Shown: piece by piece, positions 25,946-38,499 of the stretch | Layout: each line of letters opens with the position of its first letter | Position numbering within the stretch: the stretch's first letter is position 1 | DNA from: Chiloscyllium plagiosum | Lineage: Eukaryota | Reading direction: 5' to 3' | DNA length: 64,000 bases | Assembly: GCF_004010195.1 (NCBI RefSeq) | Contig: NC_057720.1 | Location: forward strand, 28,664,982 to 28,728,981 | Translations under genes and position numbers: made by a program | The notes under the pieces: model-generated | Databases searched by the model: none | Seen by the model: only the letters and a program-made list of their open reading frames with translations | What the model was told of the DNA's origin: nothing

Positions 25946-28900
25946 TCATATCTAAGATTAAGACTTGAAGATTGCTGTTTCATTGTTAATATACGACACT
26001 ATTCTCTCTTGCCTCCATGTGGGCTTGAATCCTACACTGTTCTTGTTTTTGTCCTCGAAATCTTAATAGAAAAGTAATCACTAACAAGAAACTGGACAAT
26101 AAATGAAGCATAAAATGCAAGTAATTTATCAGTAATATGCAAAGTTTTGTCTAATTTTTATGAAATAACCTAACTTTTAAAATGATATCATAAATTCACC
26201 AAAATTATGTTCAAACAAAGTTATTAGAACGTGTTGCATAGACAATGGGAAGAATATTGTCATCCCATAATTGATGTTGATATTGGTACATCAGTAGGAA
26301 AACTATGATAGCTTCGGCAATAATGAGATTCTTGAGGTCGAAGGAAATAGGTTCCAGTCTGTAACCAAATGTCAATTCTGATATTTCTCTTTCTCTCTCT
26401 GCACCTTCACTGTAGCTGTAACACTGTTTTCTGCACTCCCTTCTGCTACCCTGATGCACTTTGGATGGTACAATCTGCCAATATAGCACACAAAACAACA
26501 CTTTTCACTGTATCTCGGTATATGTGACAACAATAAATCAATCACTCTATCAGTTAATCAAAATTTGAATGGTGAGACAAGACTCTCACTAGTGAGTGGC
26601 AAGAGGCCTACTTGCATGTATTAATATACCATTAGTATCGAACCTTGCTCCAATTATTTGGAGTTTCATACGCTCCTATACACCGGTTAGACATTAGATG
26701 ATGACAGTTCCTGACATGAAAATCAGAATGGTGACCTGGTCACTCCAGTTTGCAGCTTGTACCTCCATTCCTCCAGCTTGGACCAGCAGTCACCAACATC
26801 TCAGGGCACATCCAAGAGCAGTGACTGACTCCATTTTTGGTTTGTTTCTTTTTTGCTTTTGCCGTTGCCAAATAACAATAAAAGTTTGCAAGCCTTCTAG
26901 TTTATTATTCCTCCTGCAGTGAACAAATAGAAGATGCCAGGCTATACTGGGCATTGGGGAAAACATAGCACTCCCTTAGACAGGGTTCTAACATGGAATT
27001 ATGTGATGAATGGGTACCCTGTATCGTTTGGCTCTTAAATAGCAATATAACACAATATCACCTGTATTTGAAACAAATTGCCAGCTGTGCCACCGATGTA
27101 CCCTCAGAAGCATTACTTTTGGGTTCCCATGTCACAGTGTATAGTGCAACTCCTGGCTGGAAGAGACTGAATTAGTGCATGGCTAGGCTTTACAATGGTG
27201 AAAAAAAAGAGACGTCCAAGCAGTGATATTTCTGATGCTGTCAAGAGGGAAAATAGTACGAGAATGGTATCATAATGGTGTAGTCCATAAATAATGAGGC
27301 AAGTTTCAGAGAATAATTTGAAAAATCTCACTAGGACTCATGAAGAGAAACCTTTCATCAAAGATTTGAAAATTGACACAGTCACTCTCTGGTAGAATTC
27401 AACGCCATTTTTGTATTCCCTTGAAAAGTAAAGATTAAAGGGTATTGAATTGAAGATTTTAAAGTTACTATAAGATTTCCAGAAGTGATGGTGTAAACCA
27501 TTTCCTTCAATGGGGAAATCCAGAATAAAGGGTCGCAATCTTTCAATTAGATCCTGGTCATTCAGATCAATGTTCAGAAGCATATTTTTACACAATGGGT
27601 AATGGGAAGTTAGAATGTTCTCCTCAAATAAAATTGAGGATTGGTTAGTTCAAAATTTCAAAATTGACATTGATAAACTTTTGTTAAGTATGAATGCTAA
27701 GAATTGTAGATCTAAAATGGGTAAACACTGCAAAGATTGAGCTGAATGGCAGGATGGGCTCAAATGGTTGGATGAGCAATGAATGAACAATGTTTCTATT
27801 CTGAACCAATTTAATAGATTTCACAGTTCTCTTATCGCTCTCTTTACTCTTTAGTAAACAGAATATTTTTCTCAGTGAAATGCCAACCATTACACTATGG
27901 TATAGATGGATTTTTAACATAATATATATCTTAGGATCATTTATTGTAGGTTTGGGCTTTTGGTTTTTGAGTCAGTAATGTAGGGGTGTTCTATGTGTAG
28001 AAGTTGATAATTAACTTGTAAGTATTTCTGTTGTTATGGTGATTTCTTTTAAACATTTTTGAGGCCTCGCTTTAGAATTAAATGCATTTTGTGCACCACT
28101 AATGGATTGTTGTTTACACAAGATTGCTTTGCAACCCCGTAAAGTAAATAGAGCCTTAAGTTTTGACAATGACTTCTGGAGCTTCATTATTAAGCTCAAG
28201 GAAAAAATTTGGAGAGGCGCATTTTTTAAATTTAGTTTTACTTTGAAGCAATCTCGTGCAGTTCTTGGATGAAGATGGCTGCATTGACCAGTGTTCCTCA
28301 GAAGGGAAGTTTATACTGAATTAGGTTACCTTAGCATGAAAGGTTAATGTTAGTCTCAGACCAAGGAGAGTTAGAATAAAATGCTGGATAGATTAAGCTG
28401 AGTATATTTAAACTCAGATGTATAATAGCTACAGGAAAAAGCTATCTGCAGTTCCTGTCAATAATTTGAAGTCATGAGTGACTTAAATCCATTGAGGTGT
28501 TAAAAACAGGAACTCTGCTGTAAGAACTGCATGAATGATGTTTTTGGGTATAAAATAAGGTGTGTTTTTCAGTACTGTGCAAGAGTTATTGTTTTATTTT
28601 TAATTTATAAATTAGCATTTTTGGAATAATTCGATTATATTCTTACTGTATGTTTAAAATCAATGAATTTACATTATAAGTGGATGGTTCAATTTATTCT
28701 ATTTCATCTTTATATCTTTTGTTAATAAACTTTTGTTTTGTTTTAAAGCAAAATCTGCAGCATTGCTCAATTTTTAGCAAGAGACTCTTTTGTAAAAATA
28801 AAAAACAAATCAAAGTGTGATCCATAAATCCAGGTTTCATTCTGCAATTTGACATGTCAAGTAATAACATCAGTTCAAATCAGAACATCTATAGATTTCT

Positions 28901-29654
28901 TTATTTGTAAATTTTTTTTATTGAACATAAAAATATTTTACATAATTTATTCATCCAAGAGAAAGTCTTTAAATAAAGAAAACAATTCAATGACATACAT
29001 GTGCAGCCTCTTCCAGCATGCAATGTTGTAGATGGAAATCGAACAAACTTGACACAAGAAACATCTTTACAATTGAATGCTTGGTAATAAGAGAAATTGC
29101 TGCAGTTTGATCCTAAATTACAGGTAAACATTAGACACTTCACTATAATAAATTAAAAATATGCCTTACTACAGTGTCAGTACAGTGTATGGAACGTGGA
29201 TATGCAGTATTGGTCATGGGAGGCTTCACCAGCAAATTCTCACAAGCCAACAATCAGTGAAGAGTGGACTCCATGTCCTCTTACGAAGAAGTGGAGGATA
29301 CATTTCAGGCAGCTCTGTGACTAAATCATAGACACAGGTTCAAATTTTTCAAATGGTCTCAATGCATTGAGTTTGACAGAGTATAACCTACTAATATTCT
29401 GTTCCCTGATGGCGGTTTGATACATCCTGCTGAATATGTATTGCATAAGCAGCTGTATGTCAAGGACAGAACTTGACTCAATACTGGTGATTCCTATGGT
29501 AAAATAGATTGCTAATTTACCTATTTGACTCAATGTTCATCCTCCACTTGCATGGAGAACTATTTAGCAGCTTATGGCAATGGAACTCTGAGCAGGCAAC
29601 ACTCTGAGTGTCAGGGATAAAATTTGGGGGAAAAAAATGAAAGAAATGTAGAAA

Positions 29655-29860
29655 TAAAAACAGAAATTGGTGGAAAAACTGAGCAGGTCTGACAGCATCT
29701 GGGGAGAGAAATCAGAGTTAACTTTTGGGTCCAGTGACCCTTCCTCAGAATCATTCTGGACAGTTTTGAAGAAGGGTCACCAGACTCAAAATGTTAATTC
29801 TGATATCTCTCCACAGATGCTGCTAGACCTGCTGAGTTTTTCCAGCAATTTCTGTTTTGG
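29655..29860. mobile_element. Older Penelope-derived palindromic element
   Basis: Imperfect inverted arms of about 95 bp, centred on two opposed degenerate hammerhead motifs (gtgacccttcctcagaa / ttttgaagaagggtcac). Confidence 0.75.
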
Positions 29861-30250
29861 TTTATAAAATTTAGAGAGTTTGTTTTTAATTCAATGGTCA
29901 TATCCGGGCAAGACATGTCAGCTGCTGGTCTCATTGGTCATTTAAAGTGTAACATTGAAAGAGCCTTGGTAGTGAGTCATACTTCTGTTTGCTTAACCAA
30001 TAGGCTGACCAGTTTGAAGATTAGAGAGGAAAGGATGGAAAATATTGCAGGTAAGTTCCATAAAAGTAGATGGTTTTTGTCCACGCTATTATAGATCAGG
30101 CGCTATTAATTCTAAAAGTTATTCCACAATTACTCCATCTTCACACTTACTTAGTGACAGTCTCCAAATTAACTGAATGGATAGTATTCCATTGCTGGAC
30201 TATAGCCAGTTTCTATCATAGTCCAGATAGTATTTGATTACTGGTCTAAT

Positions 30251-30587
30251 CATAGAATCCCAACAGTGTAGAAGCAGGCCATTTGGTCCATTGAGTCCAC
30301 ACCAACTCTCTGAAGAGCATCCAGCCACCCTATCCTATAATCTTGCATTTCCCATGGCTAATCCACACAGTCTGCACATACCCCTGGACACTACTGGCAA
30401 TTTACCATTGCCAATTCACCTAATCTGCACATCTTTGGACTATGGGAAGAAACTGGAGCACCGGAAGGAAACCCACACGGGCACAGAGAGAATGTGCAAA
30501 CTCCACACAGCCAGTCACCTGAGGGTGGAATCAAATCAAATTTCTGGCACTGTGAGGTAGCAGTGCTAACCACTGAACCGCTGTTGT
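30251..30587 (-). mobile_element. HE1/V-SINE-type SINE (diverged)
   Basis: Similarity to the other copies across head, core and tail. Confidence 0.85.
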
Positions 30588-31632
30588 GAACTGGATGGTA
30601 TTGACACCACAACAGTGATTGTACTTCAGAAGTAATCAAGAAAAGTATAACTATTGGAAATGCTAGAAATCTGAAACTAAAATAGAAACTGCTAAAAGCA
30701 TACATCAAGTTAGTCACATGTGTGGAGAGAACCTTTGGTATTGGCCCTTATTTAAAACTGAAGTGTAAACATTTTTGTTTTCCCAAGAGGGTCAAGCTGA
30801 CCTGAGATGTGTTCTCAGCACTTTATGTTGTTACTTCAAAGATGTTCCCTGGTAGTGAAATGCTTTGAAACATCTTGATAATATAATAAAGCATTTATTC
30901 ACCACTGCACCAGGCAATTCTCTGGTAAATCCTGAATAGAATTCACAAACTGATGTAATAAGAGTGTGATGCTAGTATCTGATAAGGTCTTAATAATAAT
31001 TCACAGGCCACCGTGGTTCCAGTCTTTGATGGGACATTTCTTTTCACTCTTGTGCCAGTGAACTGACTGGTAGTCATAATCGAGTACAGTGCAAAACTCT
31101 AATGGTTATGGCCTGGAAAGTTATTAGATAATGCGTATTTAAATTCTGTACTGTTTAGGTAACAATGTTACAAAGCTACTCCCTTTGCTTTAGTTTTGTC
31201 AGTTGCTTTTGTGATTAATTTTGGAGAATAAACAAAACTGGACCTTATTACTTTCACCACTTTCTATGACTGTGAGAGCATACAGCTCCTCGTTTCAGAA
31301 AGGCTCCAAAATGCAATGTCAATCAGTCTCAGATCTGGGCAGTGCTGAATTTTCCCTGGGGTCAAGGAGCCTGGGGATGGAGATCCCACTCATAAAGGTC
31401 TGCTGGTCTCCACGAGGGCTGCTGGCCAATCAAGAGCCAGCAGATCACTATTGCTCAGCAGCACAGTGGTGACTGATGTTGGGAGTTGCACTGAACTACT
31501 GCCCAGGATTACCAAAGGACCCAGGAGTACAGGTGAGTAAATGGGGGTGTCGGGTGGGCGCATTGGGGGAGGTATCATGGTAAGGGCTGTTGGAGAGGGG
31601 TCTGGCAGTAGAGGAAGTGATTATAATAAGGT

Positions 31633-31846
31633 GCTTTGGAGGCTGAGGGGTGACCTTATAGAGGTTTACAAAATTATGAGGGGCATGGATAGGATAAATA
31701 GACAAAGTCTTTTCCATGGGGATAGGGGATATGGGCCGGGTGCTGGCAGATGGGACTAGATTGGGTTGGGATATCTGGTCAGCATGGACTGGTTGGACCA
31801 AAGAGTCTGTTTCCATGCTGTACATCTCTATGACTCTATGACTCTA
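31633..31846 (+). mobile_element. CR1 3' end fragment
   Basis: Peptide RLRGDLIEVYKIMRG and a (tctatgac)n tail; possible TSD taaggt. Confidence 0.85.
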
Positions 31847-32805
31847 AGGTTTATAGTAGACTCCTTTCCAAAGAGAAGATCCCCTGAGCAGGAACTGACT
31901 GCCTTTTTTTGAGGGCTCCCCACCTTTCCCAAGGACAGCTCTTTTGAAAACCCATAAGCAATCCTGACAAGAATGATTATTGGGCTTCTCACATAGTGAG
32001 ACCCCAACTCAACACTGGTTGAATGTCATTAATTTATCACCTACTTCAGGGGTTCAATTGGCAGCAGAACAGGAAGGCTGTCCATGAGCCTTTCCAAATG
32101 AAAAAATGAGGACAGACATGGGAAGACTCTAGGTCACCATCCAACATTCTCTGCTCGACTGAAAGCCCATCCCACTACCAAACATTCCACAGGGAGGACA
32201 TTAAATTCACTCTGAAAATTGAGATTTTTGTAACTGAGATGATTATGTGGCTGGTTTTGAATTTTGGGCAATGGTACTCAAAACAAGGAAACGTCATGCT
32301 TTTCATTCATTCGTGGGATATGAGTTCCACTGGCTGGCCAGCACTTATTGCCCATCCCTTGTTGCCCTTGAGAAGTTGTTGGTGAGCTGTCTTCTTGAGT
32401 TGCAGCAGTCCACGTGCTGTAGGTTGACCGACAATGCTTTTAGGGAGGGAGTTTCAGGACTTTTACCCTGCATCAGTGAAGGAACGGCAATATGTCTCCA
32501 AGTCAGGATAGTGAGTGACTTGGAGGGGACCTTGCAAGTAGTATTGAGTCCACGGCTAAGTAACAATGGGCCGGTGAGTCAAGTGAATGTCAAGCAAGAT
32601 CTAATTGAATCGGAAATCCTAGTCAGCAAAAAAAGGTAAATGCACGGGGAGAGCAAGTGTAATCATGGGAAGGGAATCTTCATGAAGTAACGGCCCAAAT
32701 ATTAATGTGGGATCCAGAGATGCATTACTGATTCTCCTGGCCCACAAAAGAATGTCAAACTTAATTTGGCTGTATCTCTGTTTCAGCTTAGTTTATGGAA
32801 AATGA

Positions 32806-33082
32806 GTGGCATGGTGGTTCACAGCTTTGACCAACTGTCCATGTGACATTTACACATTCTCCCTGTGTTTGTGTGGGTTTCCTCTGGGTGCTCTGGTTTC
32901 CTCCTAAAGTCCAAGATGTGCAAGTTAATTGGATTAGCCATCCTATATTATCCATGGTGTCTGGCGATATGCAGGTTTGGTAGATTGGTATGGTAAATGC
33001 AGGGATGGGGTGGTATGGGGGAGGATGCTGTTTGGAAGACTGGTGCAGATTCAGTGGGCTGAATAGCCTGCTTCTATGATTT
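32806..33082 (+). mobile_element. HE1/V-SINE-type SINE (diverged), just downstream of the EP4-like stop codon
   Basis: V-core cacattctccctgtgtttgtgtgggtttcctctgggtgctctggtttcctcc. Confidence 0.75.
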
Positions 33083-33447
33083 CCAAACAATGACAACTAC
33101 CATAGAGTCCAGTTAATATACATGAAACAGTTAGGCACTTTCAGTGTCCAATAGACCTTGTACAAGCTTTTGGTAGCCGCTTTGTTGAAGTTAAGGTGGA
33201 AGTAAGGCGACTGACCCCATTCTGAGGCCATTATCAACCCATTAATGTCAAGTGATTTCAGTTAAGATCTATAATTAGTTACATGTATGACTGGAGTGGA
33301 TTGTATAATATCATCTTAACATTTCCTCAGTGTTCAAAATGTTATTAAAATTATGACAAGAGGAATCCTGCCAAAATTAGATTGCTGCTTGATATTTTCA
33401 AAGTTTATAAATTAGTGTCCAACACTTTAGAAAAGTAATCTTTCCTT

Positions 33448-34071
33448 TTAAATACTTCTCTCTGATATGCATGATGAAGGTGTACTTAAAGTGCAATTCA
33501 AAATGTCAAACATTCTCCTCTCCTGGCTCAGAGCAGTGTTGTTTTGTGCACTGACATCTGATATCGTAGTTTCCTTTAATATTGTGCAAACAATGGCATT
33601 AGACTGTGGAGGGGTTTCAGAACGAGTCTTAGTGATGCCAGTGTGATTCTCATCAGGGATACTGAAAGGGTGAGCTACGGCCTCCCACAGTTGCTGGTTT
33701 GTGAAGTCTGTGAATGAATGAGTCAAGTTAGCAGCTCTGTGGCAGGCTTTCCCATGCAACATTTTGCTTTCATCTTTTATTTGTAGTGAGGCATAGCTGG
33801 TAGCAATACTGTTAGGGCATGAGAGTGGTGTCTGCTGGCCGCTGGCCCAACCCACCCTGCGTGATTGGCCATCCTTTGCAGCACCCACCGTTCGCTTCAG
33901 TCTCTCACACCCCATGGTAAGAAGCTTTTTCCGGCAGAGGATATACACCCAGGGATCCAAGATTGGATTGAACGAGGCAAAACGAATGGCTAGAAGATCG
34001 CCGCGATAATGTAGCTTCTCACCTGCCTGGAGCTGTGCAGGGCCATACAGCTGATTCACAAAAATGCGTAT
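33448..34071 (-). CDS. ptger4c: Prostaglandin E2 receptor EP4-like, coding exon 2 (ECL3, TM7, long C-tail, 207 aa + stop)
   Basis: The acceptor tttgcttttgtttattcag|ATA is in phase 0 with exon 1. The exon reads IRIFVNQLY...DLLAIRFASFNPILDPWVYILCRK, with the prostanoid TM7 Arg and DPxxY motif. It has a long Ser/Thr-rich tail ending SERSI*, similar to the EP4 C-terminus. The joined protein is 481 aa. Confidence 0.93.
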   Translation of the reverse strand: MRIFVNQLYGPAQLQAGEKLHYRGDLLAIRFASFNPILDPWVYILCRKKLLTMGCERLKRTVGAAKDGQSRRVGWASGQQTPLSCPNSIATSYASLQIKDESKMLHGKACHRAANLTHSFTDFTNQQLWEAVAHPFSIPDENHTGITKTRSETPPQSNAIVCTILKETTISDVSAQNNTALSQERRMFDILNCTLSTPSSCISERSI

Positions 34072-35468
34072 CTGAATAAACAAAAGCAAATTGATTTAAG
34101 TACTTAATCTCATAACCTAAGTGAGTATGGCATAAATCAGCAAAAGCAATTTCCATTCCACTTTATCAAATTCGGTTCTTCTTTTAATATCTTTCCTTCA
34201 TGGAAAGTCTTGGACTTGAAATGTTGTGTTGACTTCTCCACAGATGCTGCAACATTTTGTCAGGTCTCTTTTAACAGCACCTTCCAAATCCACAATATAT
34301 ACTACTTAAAAAGCCAATGGCAGCAGATACATGGGGTCACCACTTCTGACTTTGAAATATATCACTATTTATTCACTGTTATTGGAACAAAATCCTGGAA
34401 CGCCCTTCCTAATAGCACTGTGGGTGTACTTTTATTAGATAGAACACAGTGGTTCAGGAAGGTGGCTCACCAAGGAATTAGTGATGGGTAACAAATATTT
34501 TGCCAAAGGCACCAACATCCCGTGAAAGAACAAAATGTTTCTTCTAATGATTTTATTTTAAATGGATAAATTGTTTAATTATAATGCAATTGACTACTTC
34601 ACCATAAATCTGCTATTTTGATATTAATAATGTAGATAAACTTGACATGAAAATAGCAAGTGCCAAAAACGTATTGCAGTATCTCTAGCATGTAAAATGA
34701 TTTTTAAAAATGTTAATATTTTAAATATAAGTCCTGTTAGGGTAAATTTTGTAAGCAGATAGTGTAGATAAGAAACTTGTGACATCACACATCATTTTTT
34801 CAATATGAGCTAAATCCTATTAGTAGCAAGAGATCTTCCAAATTTTTTTGTACAATCAAACATCAACACTTCCTTCCAGACACCTGTACTAATAAATTGC
34901 CATGCACTTTCAACATTTTCCATTTTATTTTGAATTTTCAGCATTTGCAATTTCCTTGCTTTTTATTTGGAATGCAATATTTAGCATTTCATACTTGAAG
35001 TTCAACATGTTTTTAATAAAATGATTGCTTATTAATTTGGCAAAGCAATTATTTTGAAATTTCAATCTTTTATTTCTAAAGGGGCCAAGTAGTTATGGAA
35101 AAGGTCAACACAATCAAAGATAGACATACTTAACTAGAGTATGGCAATTTCAGGGAGGTGGAAAAGAACTCTAGCACAACTGGATTTAAATCAAAGTTAA
35201 ACACATCAAGGGATACTCGAGCAGTGGTATTTCTTCACAGAAGTGATAGTTTGGATATAGACTGCACAGAGGAGGGGGAAAGGAATGGAATGCAGAGCTA
35301 GAGTTTTCTGATTTACCAAAGATATGGACCTAATGATTCGGAAAAAGCAAGTATAGTAAATATGAAGTTCATCACAGGGGAAAAATAAACTGAATTAGGA
35401 AAATACAGGAGAACTGAAATTAGAAATAAGACAAACAAGTAGTTCATGTAAATATAATTATATAAATG

Positions 35469-36362
35469 TATATAGAAGGCATGGTTGATTCTGATTGTGT
35501 TCGTGGATAAGCCATTGTTCCCTGACACCACTGTTGTAATTCTACATCACATAATCTCCACTTTTCCAAAAGTGTGATGTCCAGAGTTGACTCAGTTCTC
35601 CAGTTGAGGCTGAACCAATGATGGATAAATCTCTAAATTCCTTGTTTTCAAACTCAATTTATGGAAACAATTATTTATTCAACAGCCTTATCAATCTTGA
35701 CTATGATTATTTCTGGACAGGCTGTCTGTTCCTGCACTCAGTTTACAATTGTACCATAGAATTTACATCTTTCCTCAAAAAAGTCACCACTTCAGAGATT
35801 TTTGATTTGAATTTCAGCTGTCTTATGTCTTTCCATTTCAACAGTCTATCCACGAATATGAGAAGTTCACTGTTCTATTCTTCACTGTTTATTACATTTC
35901 CAAAGTGTGCACAGTCTGCAAACATTGAAATTACACCCTGTATTCACACGTCCATGTATTTATATACAGAATATCAAAATGAGCAGTAGTCATCAGAATG
36001 GCCCCGTGGGACATCTGTCCATACTAGCTATAAATATGAAAAATAACTTGTTTGTTGCTGTATGACATTTTTTGTCTCCTAAGTATTTTTTGCCCTTTTT
36101 GCACTTTCCCTTTAATTCCATTACCTGTAATTTTATTAATTCATCGATTACAAAACATTGCATCAAATACTGTTTGAGAATATATATGACATTGGATGCA
36201 AAACCCTTATCATTGGTTCAGCCTCAACTGGAGAACTGAGTCAACTCTGGACATCACACTTTTGGAAAAGTGGAGATTATGTGATGTAGAATTACATCAG
36301 TGGTGTCAGGGAACAATGGCTTATCCACGAGCACAATCAGAATCAACCATGCCTTCTATATA
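35469..36362. repeat. 154-bp near-perfect inverted repeat with 586-bp spacer (intronic)
   Basis: Arm 35469-35622 is the reverse complement of 36209-36362, with 2 mismatches by manual comparison. Confidence 0.95.
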
Positions 36363-36365
36363 ATT

Positions 36366-36483
36366 GAAGGAGCAGCGCTCCGAAAACTAGTGCTTCCAAT
36401 TAAACCTGTTGGACTATAACCTGGTGTTGTGTGATTTTTAACTTTGTTCACCCCAGTCCAACACTGGCATCTCCAAATGTTGA
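36366..36483 (+). mobile_element. Short retroposed insertion (probable Penelope-type 3' end) with 13-bp TSD
   Basis: TSD cttctatataatt at 36353-36365 and 36484-36496. The insert begins with the truncated hammerhead-like motif GA-A-GGAGC-agc-GCTCC-GAAA. Confidence 0.7.
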
Positions 36484-37565
36484 CTTCTATATAATTAATA
36501 GCATCCAAAACTTACTATGATTGGTTACACAGTCATAGTTGGAATTGATTGTAACTTTAACAAGCAGAGCTTAGCACTGTCAATAACTACAGACAACTGA
36601 AAAGTTCCCTTTTCTCAGGTGGTATGTGTATAGATCATACCTTCACCATATATTTTGATGCACTATATAAATAAGACTGCAAATGCTGCAATTTTAACTG
36701 GTGTTTTTCTCAAAATGTACGTCATAAAATGGGTACCACCTTAGATCACTTAGATGTCAGAAAGTCACTTTCCAGGTGTGATATAATCTGATTGAAGATG
36801 TTTCTGTTTAAAGGCAAATATACTCATACTGCACTCGCATTTCAATAGTAATATTAAATACAAATGTGTTGAATGTTTTTGGGGTTGATATTACAAGCTA
36901 TATTAATTTTTTTAAAAAATATCACTGCATGAGGGTGTCTCTGGCTAGGCCAACATTTATTACCCATCCTTCGTTGCTCAGTGGGCAATTAAGTGTTAAC
37001 CACTTTGGAGTGGGTCTGGAGTCACATAAAACAGGTAAAGATGGCAGTTCACTTCCCTGAAGAACATTAGTGGAACATATGACAATGGATTCGTGGTCAT
37101 AATGAGACTCTTTTTTGTTGAATTCAAATTCCACTATCTGCTGTGGCGGGATTTGAACCTCGGTTCTGTTACCGTGGTGTCTGGATTAACAGTCCAACCA
37201 TAATACCATTAGACCTACTCCACATACAATAACATATCGGAGCTTTTATAAATGGATCTTTCACTTCTAAGAATTGAGATGTTTTAACAACAGTTGCCCT
37301 GTGAACTGAAGTAAGACCACGGCATTCCAATGGTTAAAATATAAAGCGGAGAATTTTCACCAAAAGTATCTGATTGGGATGGCAACCATAGGTCGACGCA
37401 GTTTCTCAAAGGATCATCTAAAGTCTGTCTAGAAATAGCCATTAATCAAGTGCAAATGTTTCCATTAAACGTTTTGTCGCCTATATTGGGGATAGTAATC
37501 AGAGAAAAACTCTCTCAATGAACAAAAAAAAAGGTGTTTTAGTTTGGATACTCCTCGTCACTTAC

Positions 37566-38387
37566 CACCAGGGGGATGGAGCACACCAGGAAGACGATGG
37601 TCATGAGAACCAAGAGCCAGAACATCTGCATCTCGGCGGCGGCCAGGTGGGGGAAACGGCGACCCCTGAAGCTGCCGGGAGCAGCAGCGTCTCCCCTCCC
37701 CATGGCTTTCTTCCTCATGCTGATGAGGGTAGCACAGACGGACAGGTTACACAGGACGGTCACCAGGATCAGGAAGGCGCTGAAGCCTCCGTAGATGTAG
37801 GTGTAGGAGGCGGACACCGTGCTGTTGGATCTCCAGTCCAGGAAGCACCAGGTCCCGGGGAAGTGGCGGACGTTGTTGCCCAGGCCGAAGAAGGGCAGGA
37901 TGCAGAAGACCAGGTTGAGCAAGTAGACTCCCATCAGGGCCAGCCTGGCCAGAGCCTTGTCAATGTACTGGCTGTAGAAGAAGGCGTGGTTGATGGCCAG
38001 GTAGCGCTCGATGGACATGGTGCACAGGATGGTCATGCCAGCCGAGCCGAAGAACAGCATGGAGAAGGAGAAGAAGTGACAGAGGGGCTGCCCGCCGGGC
38101 CATTGCTGGGTTAGGTAGGTGGCTATCACCACCGGGCTGGTACAGCAGGTGCCCAGCAGATCCGTTACTGCCAGCCCGCACACCAGCGTGTAGAAAGTGG
38201 TCTCCTTCTGCTCTTTCTTGGAGACGCACAGCACCACGATGGCAATCAGGTTGCCCACCACCCCGATGGTGAACATACTGGCAGAGGTCACCACTTGGCT
38301 GGACTTGATGTTTAAGGAGACGGCCGAGCTGTTGATCGAGGTGTCATTGACTTGCTCCCAGCTCGCCTGGCTCAGAGGCTCAGCCAT
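37566..38387 (-). CDS. ptger4c: Prostaglandin E2 receptor EP4-like (ptger4c-type) GPCR, coding exon 1 (TM1-TM6, 274 codons)
   Basis: The ATG at 38387 is in a strong Kozak context (accaccATGG); an in-frame alternative ATG lies at 38402. Prostanoid-receptor motifs are present: GVVGNLIAI (TM1), KKEQKETTFYTLVCGLAVTDLLGT (ICL1/TM2), MSIERYLAINHAFFY (TM3), FPGTWCF (ECL2) and AEMQM...CSIPLV (TM6). N-terminal NDT/NSS sequons are present. The exon ends at a canonical donor GTG|gtaagt (37565). EP4 family identity is strong; the 'c' paralog is assigned from recalled similarity. Confidence 0.93.
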
Positions 38388-38499
38388 GGTGGTGGTCAGC
38401 ATCCTCCCGAGCAAGATGCAACTGACAGCAGCTTCATCAGGGAGGCAGAGGGGGGGGGGGGGGGGGGGGAGCTGGGAGTGAGGGAGGGGTGCAAACAGC

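Larger units (their letters stand above)
34072..37565 (-). other. Intron of the EP4-like gene (3494 bp, phase 0, GT-AG)
   Basis: Canonical donor and acceptor join the two ORFs in frame at the end of TM6, where prostanoid receptor genes have a conserved intron. Confidence 0.9.

Noticed and set aside
28100..28880. Possible solo LTR (also ~47880-48300)
   Set aside because: The AT-rich AATAAA-containing sequence is suggestive, but no TG...CA ends or TSD could be established.
37518..38114. 198-aa plus-strand ORF
   Set aside because: It is the antisense shadow of the GC-rich GPCR exon and has no independent domain features.
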